64,000 nucleotides of DNA from Camelus ferus (GCF_009834535.1 NC_045696.1:12154001-12218000), one strand, 5' to 3'. Numbered from the stretch's first letter, positions 13,221-25,940 are shown. A program made the numbers and translations. Notes: a model not told the origin generated them from the sequence alone.

Positions 13221-14384
13221 GTTTCAGACCAGTGTTGGGGAGAGACCTTATGAATTCTGAGGAGCCTGGCTCCAGGCCAAGATATCCTGTGTGTGATCCT
13301 TCGTGTCTGACCCCAGGCAACTGCAAAGCTTTTCCTGGTAGGTTCTGCGGGGAGGACTGCCGTCCCCACACCAGCCTTGGTGCACAGTTGGTGCACTGAT
13401 GTCCCTGGAGGGAGCTGCAGTCAAGGACTCAGGCCTCCCTGACTCCTGCAGCCCTCACCCCACCAGCCACGCTCATTTGTAGATCTGCATTTGAGCCCAG
13501 GCACCTGCACTCGGAGGCCTCCTTATCTAGGGTCTGGACTGGGATGTTTTCCAGGCACCTTCACTGAGACTGGAGCCCTGTCTTGAGGGCCTTGACTCCA
13601 AAGATCTTCGCTGTTCTGCACTCTGACTCATGACCTTCCACTCCCAGCCCATCCCTCCTCCCTCATCCGAGGAGAAAAGCAGAACAAGGAGGAGCACCGT
13701 TCTTTCCCTCCACCTCTTGCCTTTACTCTTGCAGTGAGTGGATAAAAGAAGACCTGGTTGTTCCTTTTTATTTGGCTCCTTGTCTTAAGTGACCACCTTG
13801 ACACCTGGCAGTTTGGCACAAACCGAGGGCTCCACGAGGTCCCTACTTCAGAAAGCCACATTTTCCTAGAAGTCATCATTTAGGAGATCTCTGCGCAGAG
13901 CACCCGAATATCTTTAGACCGAGGTCTCCTATGGTCCTGGTGAATTCCAGGGAGCCCTGAATGACCCTTGTCCTCAAGAGTTCAGGTATACCCCTCAGTT
14001 GGCCAACAGTCTGATTTTGGTTCTATTCAGCCATTGGGAAACTGGTGAAGGTATTCTGTCAAATTCTGCCTTTTTTCGCTGAATATTCCTGCCACCATGG
14101 TCCCCTGTGGCCTGGAGTGTGACTCAGACCATTGAACTTTTACTACGGCAGAAACCTGACCATCAGAGCAGATGCCAACCACAGCAGCAGACTCAGCTGG
14201 GAGGGCAGCCCCGCCGTGCCAGCCTTAGGGACCTCACCCGTGCGCCTACACACATGCTCAGGCTTATGTGAATTTATTATTTCACTCAGCAGCGTTTACT
14301 GCCCTGCTCCACGTTCCACAATTATCTCTGGACAGGGACCCCTTCCTCCAGTGTGACTGAGTTGGATGGGAAGAGGACGGGAGG

Positions 14385-14545
14385 GAATTAACATTTGTTG
14401 AGCAGTGACCTTCAAGACCTGTGTCAAGCACTCTCATAAACCTTATCCCACGAAATCCTTCCACTGGTGCCACTTTGAAGGAGGGGCCGTGGACCCAGGG
14501 AGAGGTGAGGCAAACGTTCCAAGGTGACACGTGGCACAGTTGGGA
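14385..14545 (-). mobile_element. MIR SINE
   Basis: 'taacatttgttgagcag...' and 'gagaggtgaggcaaacgttccaaggtgacac'. Confidence 0.6.
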
Positions 14546-14673
14546 TGTGACTGCTCAACCTGCGTACTTCGCGCCCACTGCAGGGTTTCCTTGGACCGTG
14601 AGGTCAGCTCGGCCTAACTTGCTGTCGTCTATGGAAGTCATTCATCATGTGATATGACTATTACATTTATGTT

Positions 14674-15077
14674 TGTCCTAGTCTTCACAAGCTGCCTTAA
14701 CAGGGCTCCACAGACTGGCTTGAATGGCAAAGATTTGTTTTTGCACAGCTCTGGAGGCTGGAAGTCCAGGATCAAGGTGGTGGCAGATTTGGCTCCTCCT
14801 GAGCTCTCCCTCCTTGGCTTGCAGAGGGTCATGCTCTCACCGCATCCTCACGTGGTCTTCGCTCTGCACACGTGCATCCCCGATGTCTCTCTGTGGGTCC
14901 AAATTTGCTTTTCTTATAGGACGCCAGTCAGACTGGATTAGGGCCCACCTTCACAGCTTCATTGAACTTCTCACCTCTTTAAGGGCCCTGTCTCCAAATA
15001 CAGTCACAGTCTAAGGTACTGGAGTTAGGGCTTCAACTTATGAATTTTTTATAGGGGGCACAGTAGAGCTGATAACT
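14674..15077 (-). mobile_element. MaLR LTR, MLT1A/MLT1B-like
   Basis: 'cacagctctggaggctggaagtccaggatcaaggtg', 'ggattagggcccacc', 'tctccaaatacagtcaca', 'ttagggcttcaacttatgaattttt'. Confidence 0.9.
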
Positions 15078-15324
15078 GTATTTATACTGCCAGAGCCAGG
15101 CTGTGGGTGGTGGAGGACCAAGGATCCCTGGGCACAGAGGATCCCTGAAGAAAACAGTAAATTCCTGCTGTTCCCTTCCATACAAACTTTTTACACTGGG
15201 AAATTCAATTAGAATTGACAAACGGGGAAGAGTAGAAAGGTATATTTTTAGAAGAATAAATGGCAACTGATGGAACCCCTTCCTTCTTTCCTCCATCCCC
15301 TCTGAGATGCTTACCTAATGATCA

Positions 15325-15700
15325 CACATTCATTCATTTATTCAAACATCACTTACCTGGTCCGTGCCTCTGTACTGAGGCACCTTGCTAGACACTGAGG
15401 GTACACCAGCATTGCTACTCTTTGCACGGGGCTTCCCTTCCCATGAGGGAGACAAAGGGGGACAGACGCCATGATTACGCTCTGGGACAAGCACTGTGGA
15501 TGGGTGCGGCATGTGTCTGAGGCCGGTGGGTGGGTGTGCTTTCATAAGGTGGTAACATTCAGTCAGAGACATGAACAGTGAGAAGGTGCTGCCTCCTGGT
15601 AAGATGATGGAAGAGGTTTCCAGACAGAAGAAACCTCTTAGCAAGTGCCCAGCCTTTCAGCAAGAAAGGAATATTCCAGGAACCGCGACCAGGGTGGGAG
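15325..15700 (-). mobile_element. L2 3' end
   Basis: 'cattcattcatttattcaaaca...aggcaccttgctagacactgagggtaca'. Confidence 0.65.
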
Positions 15701-16584
15701 CGCAGAGTCAGGTTGGGGAGAAAAGCAGGAGAGAGTGCCTTCAAACTGTTGGCTGTGGCAAGAGAATCCCAATCCGGGGACTATAACCCTTTGACAAAAC
15801 CCACGCAAGAGGCGAGCCCCAGGGAGAGCCGGTGCACGTTGGACCTTGCTCGTGCAGCAGGATTTGAAGGAAGTACTGAGGGGTGTCCTCATCCAGAGAT
15901 CCAGCTTTCACAATCCTCAGAGTCGGTTTGTAGAGCCTGCCATTCTACCACTAGAGCATCCTATATCTTTCAAGTACCTTTGCTTTGTCTGGGAGGAGGC
16001 TCCTGTTTGAGTGCAGATAACCCTGGCAGCCTGTCTCATTAGACCTACTGACAGGCTGACAGCTGGAGGGGAGCAGCTTGTTGGAGAATGACACATGTCC
16101 TGGGCGCTGTCTGCTCTCTACCGCTGAAACTCGCCTCCGGAACAGCGTCACCCATTCTTTCCCTTGACTGTCCCTGACTCCCCATCCCACCCTGTCACCT
16201 CCCCTCAGTCTGGAGACCTTTCCCCACTGTCCCAGACTGTCCCAGTCTGTCCCCCCTCACTTCTGGAGCTCGTCAGCCTTGCACACAGCTGGGACACGGA
16301 GTGCACACATTGGCGCTGGTTTCTGTCTCTGATTTCTCACCTTGAGAACCTCCTGATGAGGACCCCAAATCTTAAACCATCTGCTCTCTCCATACTGACT
16401 GTGGTTTCTGGGACTCGCTGAAGAAAATCTCACATCTTGCTGATTGGCTGTGAGATCCCCCGCCTGCGGTGGGGAAACATCTCCGCCAGCTGGACCACTG
16501 CCCTTTTCCTGAACTCTACTGCATTGTTTAACACATTTCTCTTCTTTAGGCTTCTTGCATACATGCTGGGAAATAACCCACGCT

Positions 16585-16770
16585 TTGGAATTATAGTTCT
16601 GGGTTGCAAACCCTGTTCTGCCTCTTTACTGACAGCTGTGTGGTCTTGGTCGTGTTATTTAACTTCCCTGAGCTCCCGTTTCTTTCTCTCTCAAACCGGT
16701 TTAATAAAACCTGTTCACTGTGCTAAACGTGAATGAGGTCAACTGTTCAGTGTTTAGTGTGGTGAGTAGA
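16585..16770 (+). mobile_element. MIR SINE
   Basis: 'ctgggttgcaaaccctgttctgcctctttactgacagctgtgtggtcttggtcgtgttatttaacttccctgagc'. Confidence 0.8.
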
Positions 16771-17844
16771 CTGGTGATAGATGACGGACAACGTAGATTC
16801 CGTTCCTTTCCCCGTCTCGATGTGCCAGGAGCAGATGCCACGTCAGTGAAGCATCCAGATTCCCCAGGAGCTTCGTGCAGCCTCTTTAGGGGAAGCCAGG
16901 CCAAGTCCCAGCTGTGGATCCCCAGTGATCGCCAAGATCAGAGGCAAAGGCCTCATGGGCTTCTTCCTTCATCAGCCCTGCTCTGCAGAGCGCTGTCCTA
17001 TCTCCAATCATGACAAATCATGTAGCATCCTCCTAAATTCAAAGAGCACTGATAAATTTGCCTCTCTTTTCATCCAAGGCCAGAGTTCACATTGAATGTA
17101 ATCAGGAGGGAAGTGAAAACAGGAATCAGGAAACTGCAAGATACCTGTGCGACAACCAATAAATACATTTCAGTACAACTCCACTGCCTGGAGAGGAAAC
17201 ACAGCAGCAGAGCCAGGACAGCCGTCAGAAAAGAACAAATAATGAATGACAATGAATCGGAAATGATTCCAGGGGAATCAGGTTGCTGGTAACCCCCAGG
17301 CTGGAAGAATTCATTTAAAGGACATTTCTCCACTTCTCCTGAGTAGGTATCAAAGATAAAAGACAATTAAAACACTGTAGGCAGTCTTTTATGATAGCTA
17401 CGTGGTTCATTTTAAATTGCTTTTTAACGGAGGGAGGGAGGAGGCTGAAGAGAAAGCTGGAAAGTGACTTACGTTAGGCACATAACTCTGTCGTACCTAC
17501 TGTGTGCCTCGAGTTACTTCCAGGGGAGCACATCTGAAAGGGTAGCAGATGGACGCCCGTGAGCTTCGCTGCTGCAGTCAGGAGACATTGGAAAATGGGA
17601 AACGGGAAAGAGCTGTGGATGGCAGGGGAAAACGGGCGAGAAGTTTTGAATCAGATTTCTGGTGAAAGAATGATCTTTGTTTGTTTCTTAAGCGAAGGAG
17701 AAAAAAAAAAAATCCTTCTCACACTTCTGGCAGAAAACATTTTAAGAAAGTCATTTTCAGGTAGCTTTATGAGAGCCAGAGAAGTTAGGCTGAGTATGTG
17801 TTTGTAACAGAGGAGGAATATATGGTGATGATGACAGTGTGGAG

Positions 17845-18125
17845 ACAGTCATTTTCATTGACGGAGTTCTTGGTACATGCCAGACACTTAGCTCCACGCA
17901 TTTCCTCGAATGATTCATTTCATCTTTACAAGACATTCTTAGAGACTCAGACCCCTAATCTCTTCATCTATAACTTCCCACTGAACCTCATTAGATCTTG
18001 GTTTTCTCATCTGAAAAATGAGGGCAGTAATCTTTGCTTCTAAAGTTGTCATGAGGATTGCATGAGACTGGACAGAAAGCCCCTCGGCACAGTGTCCGTT
18101 ACAGAGTCAGCATTCAATGAAAGCT
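17845..18125. mobile_element. Two MIR fragments in opposite orientation
   Basis: Minus-strand MIR tail at about 17850-17935; plus-strand core 'ttttctcatctgaaaaatgagg...gttgtcatgaggattgcatgaga...ggcacagtgtc' at about 17990-18125. Confidence 0.65.
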
Positions 18126-18561
18126 GCATTCACTTTGATGACTTTTACAGGAAAATGTCCTTCACCTTGTGTCCAAGGGCTTCCATGACCTGCCCCAGCC
18201 TGTGTGCAGTTGTGTTTGTCACTCCTCCCGGGAGGCTGCGTCACACCAGGTGGCTTCTCCAGCTGTATTCAGCTGTTACTGGTACAGCCTGTGTTCCCTC
18301 CTCCAGCCTCAGTCTCTTAGGCTTGAAGGTGACATCGGCTATTACCTAGAAGAGTCTGGGGAGATGGTATCGGCTCCCTGACATTCATCACACCACGTGA
18401 ATAGGGGAGACCCTAGCCTGCGCCTGAGGGAAGCCCCCAGTCACTCTGACAAGTCCTGGAGCTATAATATCCTTTCCCACAGTCTCCTGCTTTCTCTGCC
18501 TTCAACTCCTTGGTGACTAACACCACAAAAGCAGAAGAAGGAACAGTTTCAGATGCATTTC

Positions 18562-19210
18562 TATTTTAGTGAGTGTTCTCCAGAGAAAAAGACCAACGAT
18601 GTGTATATACACACACACACACACACATATATATACAGACACACACACATATCTATATATCTCTATATATAGAGAATATATACATATATTCTGTCTCTCG
18701 ACATATACATATAATACATATTTATATTTATTTTTTATAAGGAATTGGCTCACAGGATTATGGAATCTGACAAGTCCCAAGATCTTCAGGATGAGACAGC
18801 AAGAACCAGTGGGGCCAATTTTGTAGTTCTCACCTTCTCTCCTTTCACACAACACAACCAATTTTGTAGTTCTTGTCCACATGCCAGCAGGCTCAGAACC
18901 CAGAGCCAGTGTTTCAGTTTAAGTCGAAAGGCAGGAATTAAAAATTCAATGTCTCCATTCAAATGCAGCCAGGAAGGCAGGTGTTCTCTCTCACTTGAAG
19001 GAGGTCAGCCTTTTTGTTCTGGTCAGGCCTTCAACTTGGATGGGATGAGGCCTGCCTGGAGGAGGGAGGCCGTCTGCTTTACTCCATCCGCTGATGAAAA
19101 TGTTCCTCTCACCCCACACACCTGCACAGAAACACCCAGGATAATGTTTAACCACATATCTGACACCCTGGGTAGCTCGGTCAATCTGACACGTACAATT
19201 AATCATCATA
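18562..19210 (-). mobile_element. MLT2 (ERVL) solo LTR with internal (CA)n/(TA)n
   Basis: 'gttctccagaga', 'tataaggaattggctcacaggattatgga', 'ttctggtcaggccttcaac', 'cacagaaacacccaggataatgtttaacca', end 'acaattaatcatcata'. Confidence 0.9.
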
Positions 19211-19613
19211 ATTTCTATTCTTGTCTCTTTGCAAGCCTTCATCCTGCCAGTAAAATGGCATTTTGCTTCAAGGTCCCAAGTTATTTAAATGTCACCCACC
19301 AATGGGGGTGAGCTTTTCTAAGGAGAGGGAGGGAGGGAAGGGAGGAAGGAATGGCAGAGTGATGAGGAGTCATTGTTATGACTAAGAGCGATTGCTGTAA
19401 TTTTGTTAAACCTAGCTCATTGGGAAGGAGTAACAAGGAGAAGGCTGGATTCCGCTAGAGGTAAAGATACCAGAGCGGAGGATGGGTACATGTCTGCTGG
19501 TCAGCCCCTCGAGAGTCTGTTCCTCACGCTTCCTTATTTATTTTTTATTTTTAAAAAATCACGCTTCCTTATCAGTAATACTCGGTCTGCATGGCATCAG
19601 GCCTCTGTGATCC

Positions 19614-19801
19614 TTTTTTTTTCCCTAGATAGTTGCAATATATATAGCTTTTTTTTTTTTTTAACTTTATTTTACTTTTTGGGGGTGGGAGGAGGTAATT
19701 AGGTTTATTTATTTATTTTTTTTTAGTGGAGGTACTGGGGGTTGAACCCAGGACCTCTTGCATGCTAGGCACAAACTCTACCACTGAGCTGTATCTTCCC
19801 C
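19614..19801 (-). mobile_element. tRNA-derived camelid SINE (vic-1-like)
   Basis: Minus strand reads 'ggggaagatacagctcagtggtagag...ggtcctgggttcaacccccagtacctcca' (Pol III A and B boxes), then 'taaataaacctaattacctc' and an A-tail; 14/16 TSD at 19599-19614 and 19806-19821. Confidence 0.9.
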
Positions 19802-20458
19802 ACCTAGGACTCTGTGATCTTAATTTGTTACTTTTTCTCAACCTACTCCAAACAGGCTCCTTTCAGGGTGACCTCTGTCCTTTCACGTACGCTGTTTGTG
19901 TCTCCATCTCTCATCCCTCCGAGGGGTGGCTCAGGTCCCTTCTCCTCCGTGGTGTGTTCTGTGGCTCCCCCAGCCCTCAGCGTCTCCTCTTTACTCGGCT
20001 TTCTCCTCTTCTAGACTTTTCTGCACACCGACTGCTGTCATTTGGGCAGATAAACCTGCGCGACCTCCTGTTATTTAAAGGCTGTTTCTTCCCCTTCTCC
20101 CCCCGTTGGCGGAGTAAACAATCTCAAGACGAAGCTTTGTTTCTTGCTTATCTCCTTCAGCACCTACAGGAGTCCTGGGAACAGAGTCGCTCAGTAGGTA
20201 CCTACCAGTTTTATAACAAGTGACTCTGAGATGCAAGTCAGACCACAGCACTCTCTGGTCTAAGTGACTTTCCACCTCACTCACAGGAAAAGCCAAAGCT
20301 GTACAGCAGTTGGCAGGAGGCAGCTTGATCTCCTCTCTGGTCCCCTCTGATGTTGTCTCCCGCAAATTTCCCCCTTGTTCAGCCGCTGGAGCATTGCCTA
20401 GTACAATCTGTGACTGCCCCTTCCAGGAAGACTGCTCAAGTATTGGGGTTCCTTCATA

Positions 20459-20880
20459 ATGTAAGGGCAAATTCAAGTAAAAGTAAGATGCTTAATTCTC
20501 CCTCATTTTCCTCAGAGCATTTCCTTTAGAAAACTCATAAATTCTTTCTCTGTCTCTTTGAAATGTATGTAAATCTTTTTAACAGTTACATAAGCCTCTT
20601 GTCAGCTTTATGGCCCAGGAATGTTTCTCAAGTGCCCCGTCTCCTAATTTCTGTGAGAGGGGCGGAGCCTAATTTTGGCAGGTGGCTGACTCTGAGACTA
20701 CGTTCTGTCATAAAGATGTGAGAAGTTTATATTTTCTCTGGATAAAGGCAATTTAGCAAACACAGATGGCTACGTCAGTTACCAGGTGAATCTGGGACGA
20801 CCTCTGTGTGATGAGTGGTGTTGTCAGGTCCTCTGACAGCAGACTAGCTATTGTTCATCTGGAGACGAAGCAAGGGTGAA
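20459..20880 (+). mobile_element. ERV1 LTR, MER34-like
   Basis: 'tagaaaactcataaattctttctctgtctctttgaaatgtatgtaaatcttttt...taagcctcttgtcagc...cccaggaatgtttctcaag'. Confidence 0.7.
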
Positions 20881-21064
20881 ATCCTTGATCTTTCATTGCA
20901 CGATGGGAGTAGGTTTAACTTTTTCTTTTCCTTCCTGGAAAGGACTTCCCTATACTATAAGCTCTTTCTTCCAGGCAGCACTAATCTCCACTGATCAGCC
21001 TTCATAAAAGGAACTCCATCCTCAAAGTCTACCAGGCATTTTTTCTTTTTTTTGCTATGGGAAC

Positions 21065-21545
21065 TCTTTAGTTTGGATTCTCCCCAAAGCAGATCCTTGG
21101 ACAAGGGCTTGAGTATAAGTAGTTTACTTGGCAGGGGAGGGGAACACTGATAGAGGACTAGGAGATTGAGAATGGGAAAGAGGGTGGCCGATCATGGGTG
21201 AATTATTAAGTCAGTTGTAGTGGGGGATGGGAGCTGAATCTCATGTGGAAACTCAAGGAACTGTGTGAAACACACACATCAGAAGGACATCACGGAGGGG
21301 CCAGGGAGCTGGGGCACTTTTTAACTCCTAAGAGTCAGTGATTAAAGGCTGCTGAAAGAGGGGTGGGCAATCAATTCTTGGCACTTTCAGCCAGTCTCTC
21401 TCCTGAGCAAAGCTGCCTTCAGTGGTTCAGCAAAGCCGGCAGTGATACAGATTCCAACTGTGGGAGGACGGCCCACAGTGGAGATCTGAGCAGCAAAGGC
21501 AGTCACCACAGCATCTGCAGCAGGAGCCCGAGGTAGCATGAGGAG
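21065..21545 (-). mobile_element. ERVL LTR (LTR16/LTR33-like)
   Basis: 'ttagtttggattctccccaaagcagatccttggacaagggcttgagtataagtagtttacttgg' resembles the reverse-complemented LTR16/33 3' end. Confidence 0.6.
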
Positions 21546-21547
21546 TT

Positions 21548-23535
21548 TCTTACACCAATAACCAACCATCAGAAAGGGAAATTAAGAAAGCAATCCCATT
21601 TATAATTGCACCAAAAAGAATCAAATACCTTTATAGGAATCAATTTAACTAAGGAAGTGAAAGACTCGTACATTAAAAACTATAAGACATTGATGAAATA
21701 AATGGAGGATGACACTAATAAGTGGAAAGATATTCCATGCTCATGGATTGGAAGAATTAATATTGTTAAAACGTCCATACTGCCCAAAGCAATCTACAAA
21801 TTCAATGTACTTTTTCTTTAAGATTCTAATGGCATTTTTCACATAAATAGAACATACAGGTCTAAAATTTGCATGAAACCACAAAAGACTCCAAATAGCC
21901 AAAGCAATCTTGAGTAAGAATAAAGCTGGAGTTATCAAACTCCCTGATTTCAAACTGTATCACAAAGCTATAGTAATCAAAACAGTATGGTATTGGCATG
22001 AAAGCAGACACATATTATTTAAATGCAAGAGAATGCCCACAAATAAACCTGTGCATATATGATCAAATAATTTATGGCAATGGATCCAAGGATATACAAA
22101 GGGGGAAATGACACTGTCTTCAATAAATGGTGTTGGGGAAACTGAACAGTCACATATGAAAGAATGAAACTGGACCATATCTTACACTATAAACAAAAAC
22201 TAATTCAAAATGGATAAAGACTTGAACAAGTTTATGTTCAAACTTCCAGAAACCGAAAAACTTCTAGAAGAAACATAGGCAGTCAGCTCCTTGACATCGG
22301 TCTTGGCAATGATTTTTTTTTGGATTTGACACTAAAACCAAAGGCAACAAAAGCAAAAATAAACAAAAGAGACTACATCAAACTAAAAACTTCTCTGCAG
22401 CAAAGGAAATCATCAATAAAATGAAAAGGCAACCTATGGTATGGCAGAAAGTATTTGTAAATCATATATCTGATAAGGAGTTAATATCCACGCTATATGA
22501 AAAACTCATACTACTTAACAACAAACAATCTGATGCAAACATGAGCAGAGGATCTGAGTAGACATTTTTCCAAAGAAGATAGACAGGTGGGCCAACAGGT
22601 ATGTGAAAAGGCACCAACATCACTAATCATCAGAGAAATGCAAATCAAAACCACAATGAGATATCACCTCATACCTGTTACAATAGGTATTATCAAAAAG
22701 ACAAGAAATACCAAGTTCTGGTGAAGATGTGGAGATAAGGGAATCGTGTTCACTGTTGGTGGGAATGTAAACAGGGGCAGCCACTGTGGAAAACAGTATG
22801 GAGTTTCCTCAAAAATTAAAAATTGTATTACTATACTAGCAAGTCCATTTAGTACTTATCTGAAAGAAACGAAAACGTTAACTCAGAAAGATACATGCAC
22901 CTCCATGTTCTCTGCAGCATTATTTACAATACCCAGGACATGAGAGCAACTTCGGTGTCCATGGATAGATGAATGGATAAAGAAATTGTGATATATATAT
23001 ATATGTATATATACTATGGAATATTGTTCAGTCATAAAAGGAAGGCAATTGTGCCATTTGCCACCATATGGATGAAACTTGAGGGCTAAGTGAAAGAAGT
23101 CAGCAGAGGAAGACAAATACTGTATGATCTCACTTATATGTGGAATCTGAAAAAAAAAAAAAAAATCAACCCAAACCCTTATAGATACAAAGAACAGATT
23201 GGTTGTTGCCAGAGTCAGGGGTGGGTGGCTGGTGAAATGGGCCAAAATGGTCAAAAGGCACAAACGTACAGCTGAAAAATAAACAAGTGCTGGGGCTATA
23301 ATGTACAACATGGGGACTATAGTTAGTAACACTGTATTGTATATTTAGAAGTTTCTTAGAGAATGTATCTTAAAAGCTCTCATCACAAGAAAAAAATTAT
23401 AGCTATGCGTGGTGATGGATGTTAACTAGATTTGTGGTGATCATTTCACAATATATACAAATATCGAAGTATTATTGTTGTACATGTGAAACTAATATAA
23501 TGTTGCATGTCAATTATATGTCAACAAACAAACAA
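21548..23535 (+). mobile_element. 5'-truncated L1 (L1MA9-like): degraded ORF2 C-terminal region plus 3' UTR
   Basis: ORF2 motifs such as 'tggaaagatattccatgctcatggattggaagaattaatattgttaaa' ([16 protein letters not shown]) and 'agagaaatgcaaatcaaaaccacaatgagatatcacctc'; 3' UTR ending 'gaaactaatataatgttgcatgtcaattatatgtcaa'. Confidence 0.95.
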
Positions 23536-23539
23536 CTCT

Positions 23540-24335
23540 GCTTCTTTGTTTTTGGAGTCCAGTGGGACTCGTGGATGCAAGCCGGGTTAGCGATCAGAGC
23601 TAGGTGATCGCCTTTGTAGGCCTGTCCCTCAGGCATCAGCCATGAAAGTTGGGGCTCTGGATGTGTGGACAAGCTCCTTCTAGGGAGAAACCGATGGCTT
23701 GATTTTATTGTCGGAGGGAGTCAGAGGGAGAAGGCACGGGGTTGCTCACCAGTTCTTTCAGGCTCCAGGGGAGGATGGCCGTCAGCAGCCGGACGGATGC
23801 TCCTTAGAAAACGGCACCCTTAGGCAGCAGCTTGTACAGTGCGCAGCCCAACGCCCTCCAGGGAAAGACTGGGAGATGGGAGTTTCCCGCTCCCTCTATG
23901 CTGAGTCCTGGGGGAACAAGTGCTCAGGCTCCGTTTAAGAGCTGCCTCTTTGTTTGCCATAGTCCTGTGGACTCAAGAACACAGGTACCGTTGGCTTTCA
24001 CAGCTCAATATTTTCTGGCCCCATTTCTCAAGCGGGACCCTTAAAAGTTGGGATGCTGGATGTTCGGTCCGAACTCTTCACTCCTCAGGAAGAAGCTGGG
24101 AGCCACGCGTCCTCTTCGGTGGTGTGGCGCTGTGCTCGGGTGGGACTTACGGCACAAGCGTGTGGCCGCCTCTCCACTCCACCTTGCTGTGGGTTTTTCC
24201 TCATTCACCTGATGTGTAGGAGCCACTCAGCTTGTCTCTGGATTTCTTTCAGAGGGGACTTCTCCTTGTGAGGCTGTACATTCAGGAGGAAAAGTCAGGA
24301 GCCTCCTATGTTGCCATCTTGCCCTGGAGTCTCTC
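23540..24335 (-). mobile_element. L1 5' UTR fragment
   Basis: Minus strand begins '...caagatggcaacataggaggctcctgac' (YY1-type AAGATGGC, + strand 24313-24320); relatively CpG-rich; diverged internal repeat 'aaagttggg..ctggatgt' near 23646 and 24044. Confidence 0.7.
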
Positions 24336-24381
24336 AGTTTTCCACTCTAATTTTATTTTTTAAGCAAGTGGAGGTACATGG

Positions 24382-24485
24382 TTTTTTTTTTTTTTTCCTT
24401 TTAAATGGCGATGCTGGGGATTGAACCCAGGGCCTCACGCATGCTAACCACGGGCTTTACCCCTGAGCTATCACCCTCCCACCCC
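24382..24485 (-). mobile_element. tRNA-derived camelid SINE (vic-1-like), short form
   Basis: 'gctggggattgaacccagggcctcacgcatgctaa...ctgagctatcaccctccc' preceded by a T-tract. Confidence 0.85.
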
Positions 24486-25940
24486 CCGCCCCGCTCCGCT
24501 CCGACTCTAGAACTTCCGGACTTATATATTTGCTTTTCCCTCTTAATTGTACATTTCTTACACCATCGATGCAACAAGGATCTTGATTTTAATCTCACTG
24601 AGAGTAAGTGGATGCTGCTTCCAGTTTGCACTTGCTAATTTTAGCCCTTTGAATTTCAGCCAAGTGGGAAGGAATCGCCAATCAGCAACCAGATCAAAAT
24701 TCAAAATGAGGAAGCTCACCCACAGAGGGAGAACGGGAGCGCGGTCATTCCTCCACTGCAGTAATGAAATGTCTCTTGCTTTTACCCATGTTCATACAAC
24801 ACCTACAAAAATGTAACAGAGAGAGTGGCGCGATGGGAGACCTTGATGATCTTGATATAAATGGCTAAGTAAGGGTGATTCCAGCTCCTTATCATGAACG
24901 TGTTAGTGGGCTTCCTTTTTAAAAAGAAAGTATCATATCTGATTATTTTTTAGTTTTTTTTAATGTTATAACTTCATATTTCTAGAAATAATATATAGTT
25001 TAATTAAGGTTTCCTTAGAGATCAGGATGATAGAGTCCCAGAAATTGGAAAACATCTTTTAAATTTATTTTTTACCTCTTTGCTGGTTGTGTTACGAATT
25101 TAGTAAGGCAGAGGGTTGTCTGCTTTGTCACATGGCTGTGTGATTGGATGGGTGGAGCCAGTGCCTGAATGCTAATGTCTTTAGAAGAGCCTTTCATAAA
25201 AAAAGAAGAAAAAGAAGATGACAATGAAGAATATGGTATTATTTTGCAACCACTCTATCCTTGCTCATAATAACATTTTCTATATAAAGATTTAACAATG
25301 GAAAAAATCTTGCAGTAAGAGCTAGAAGCCATCAAAATTTTCAGAAACAACATGGAGCAAAAGGGTGTAAGTAATATGAGCTAGTAAACAAAACTTTGCT
25401 GTTGGTTTTCTTTTTTTCTCTCTTTAAAAATATAAATTTCATCCTATGTTGATGTGAACTATGTTTTGTTGGGTTTGTACAATAAGTGTTAGCCTTTCCC
25501 TTCCCTTGAACTAACAAAAATGAAGGGAATGAACTCATGGGATCGGGAAGGGCAGTTCCTATTTACAATCATATCTTTAGCTCCAAGCATAGTACCTGAG
25601 ATACATTAAGTGGGCATTAAATATTTGCAATATGAACAAATAAGTAAAATTCAGAGATGCTGGGAAGGGACTTTAATGAAAGAACAATTCCAGCTGATGA
25701 AATTGGAGGTGATTGACGTTGTGATGTCTGATTATAGATTTTTAAACATGAAGGTCAAAGAAAGAGGGTTTTGAAGATAGCATAGTCATCCTGTGAAATC
25801 CAAACTGCACAGAAATCAAGTGAAAACATTTCTAAATAGTATCAAGAATTATCCTAAAGTTCTACACAATTACAATGGGTGAGTTTTTTTTCATGCAAGT
25901 TAATCTACACAATGAGAAATGTGCACCTCTGTGTGGTTTG

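Noticed and set aside
19725..19801. tRNA-Ala-like sequence (also 24405-24481)
   Set aside because: Head of a tRNA-derived SINE with A-tail; degenerate stems, not a tRNA gene.
18745..20223. 188-aa and 165-aa ORFs
   Set aside because: They lie in an MLT2 LTR and start within a SINE respectively; chance open frames.
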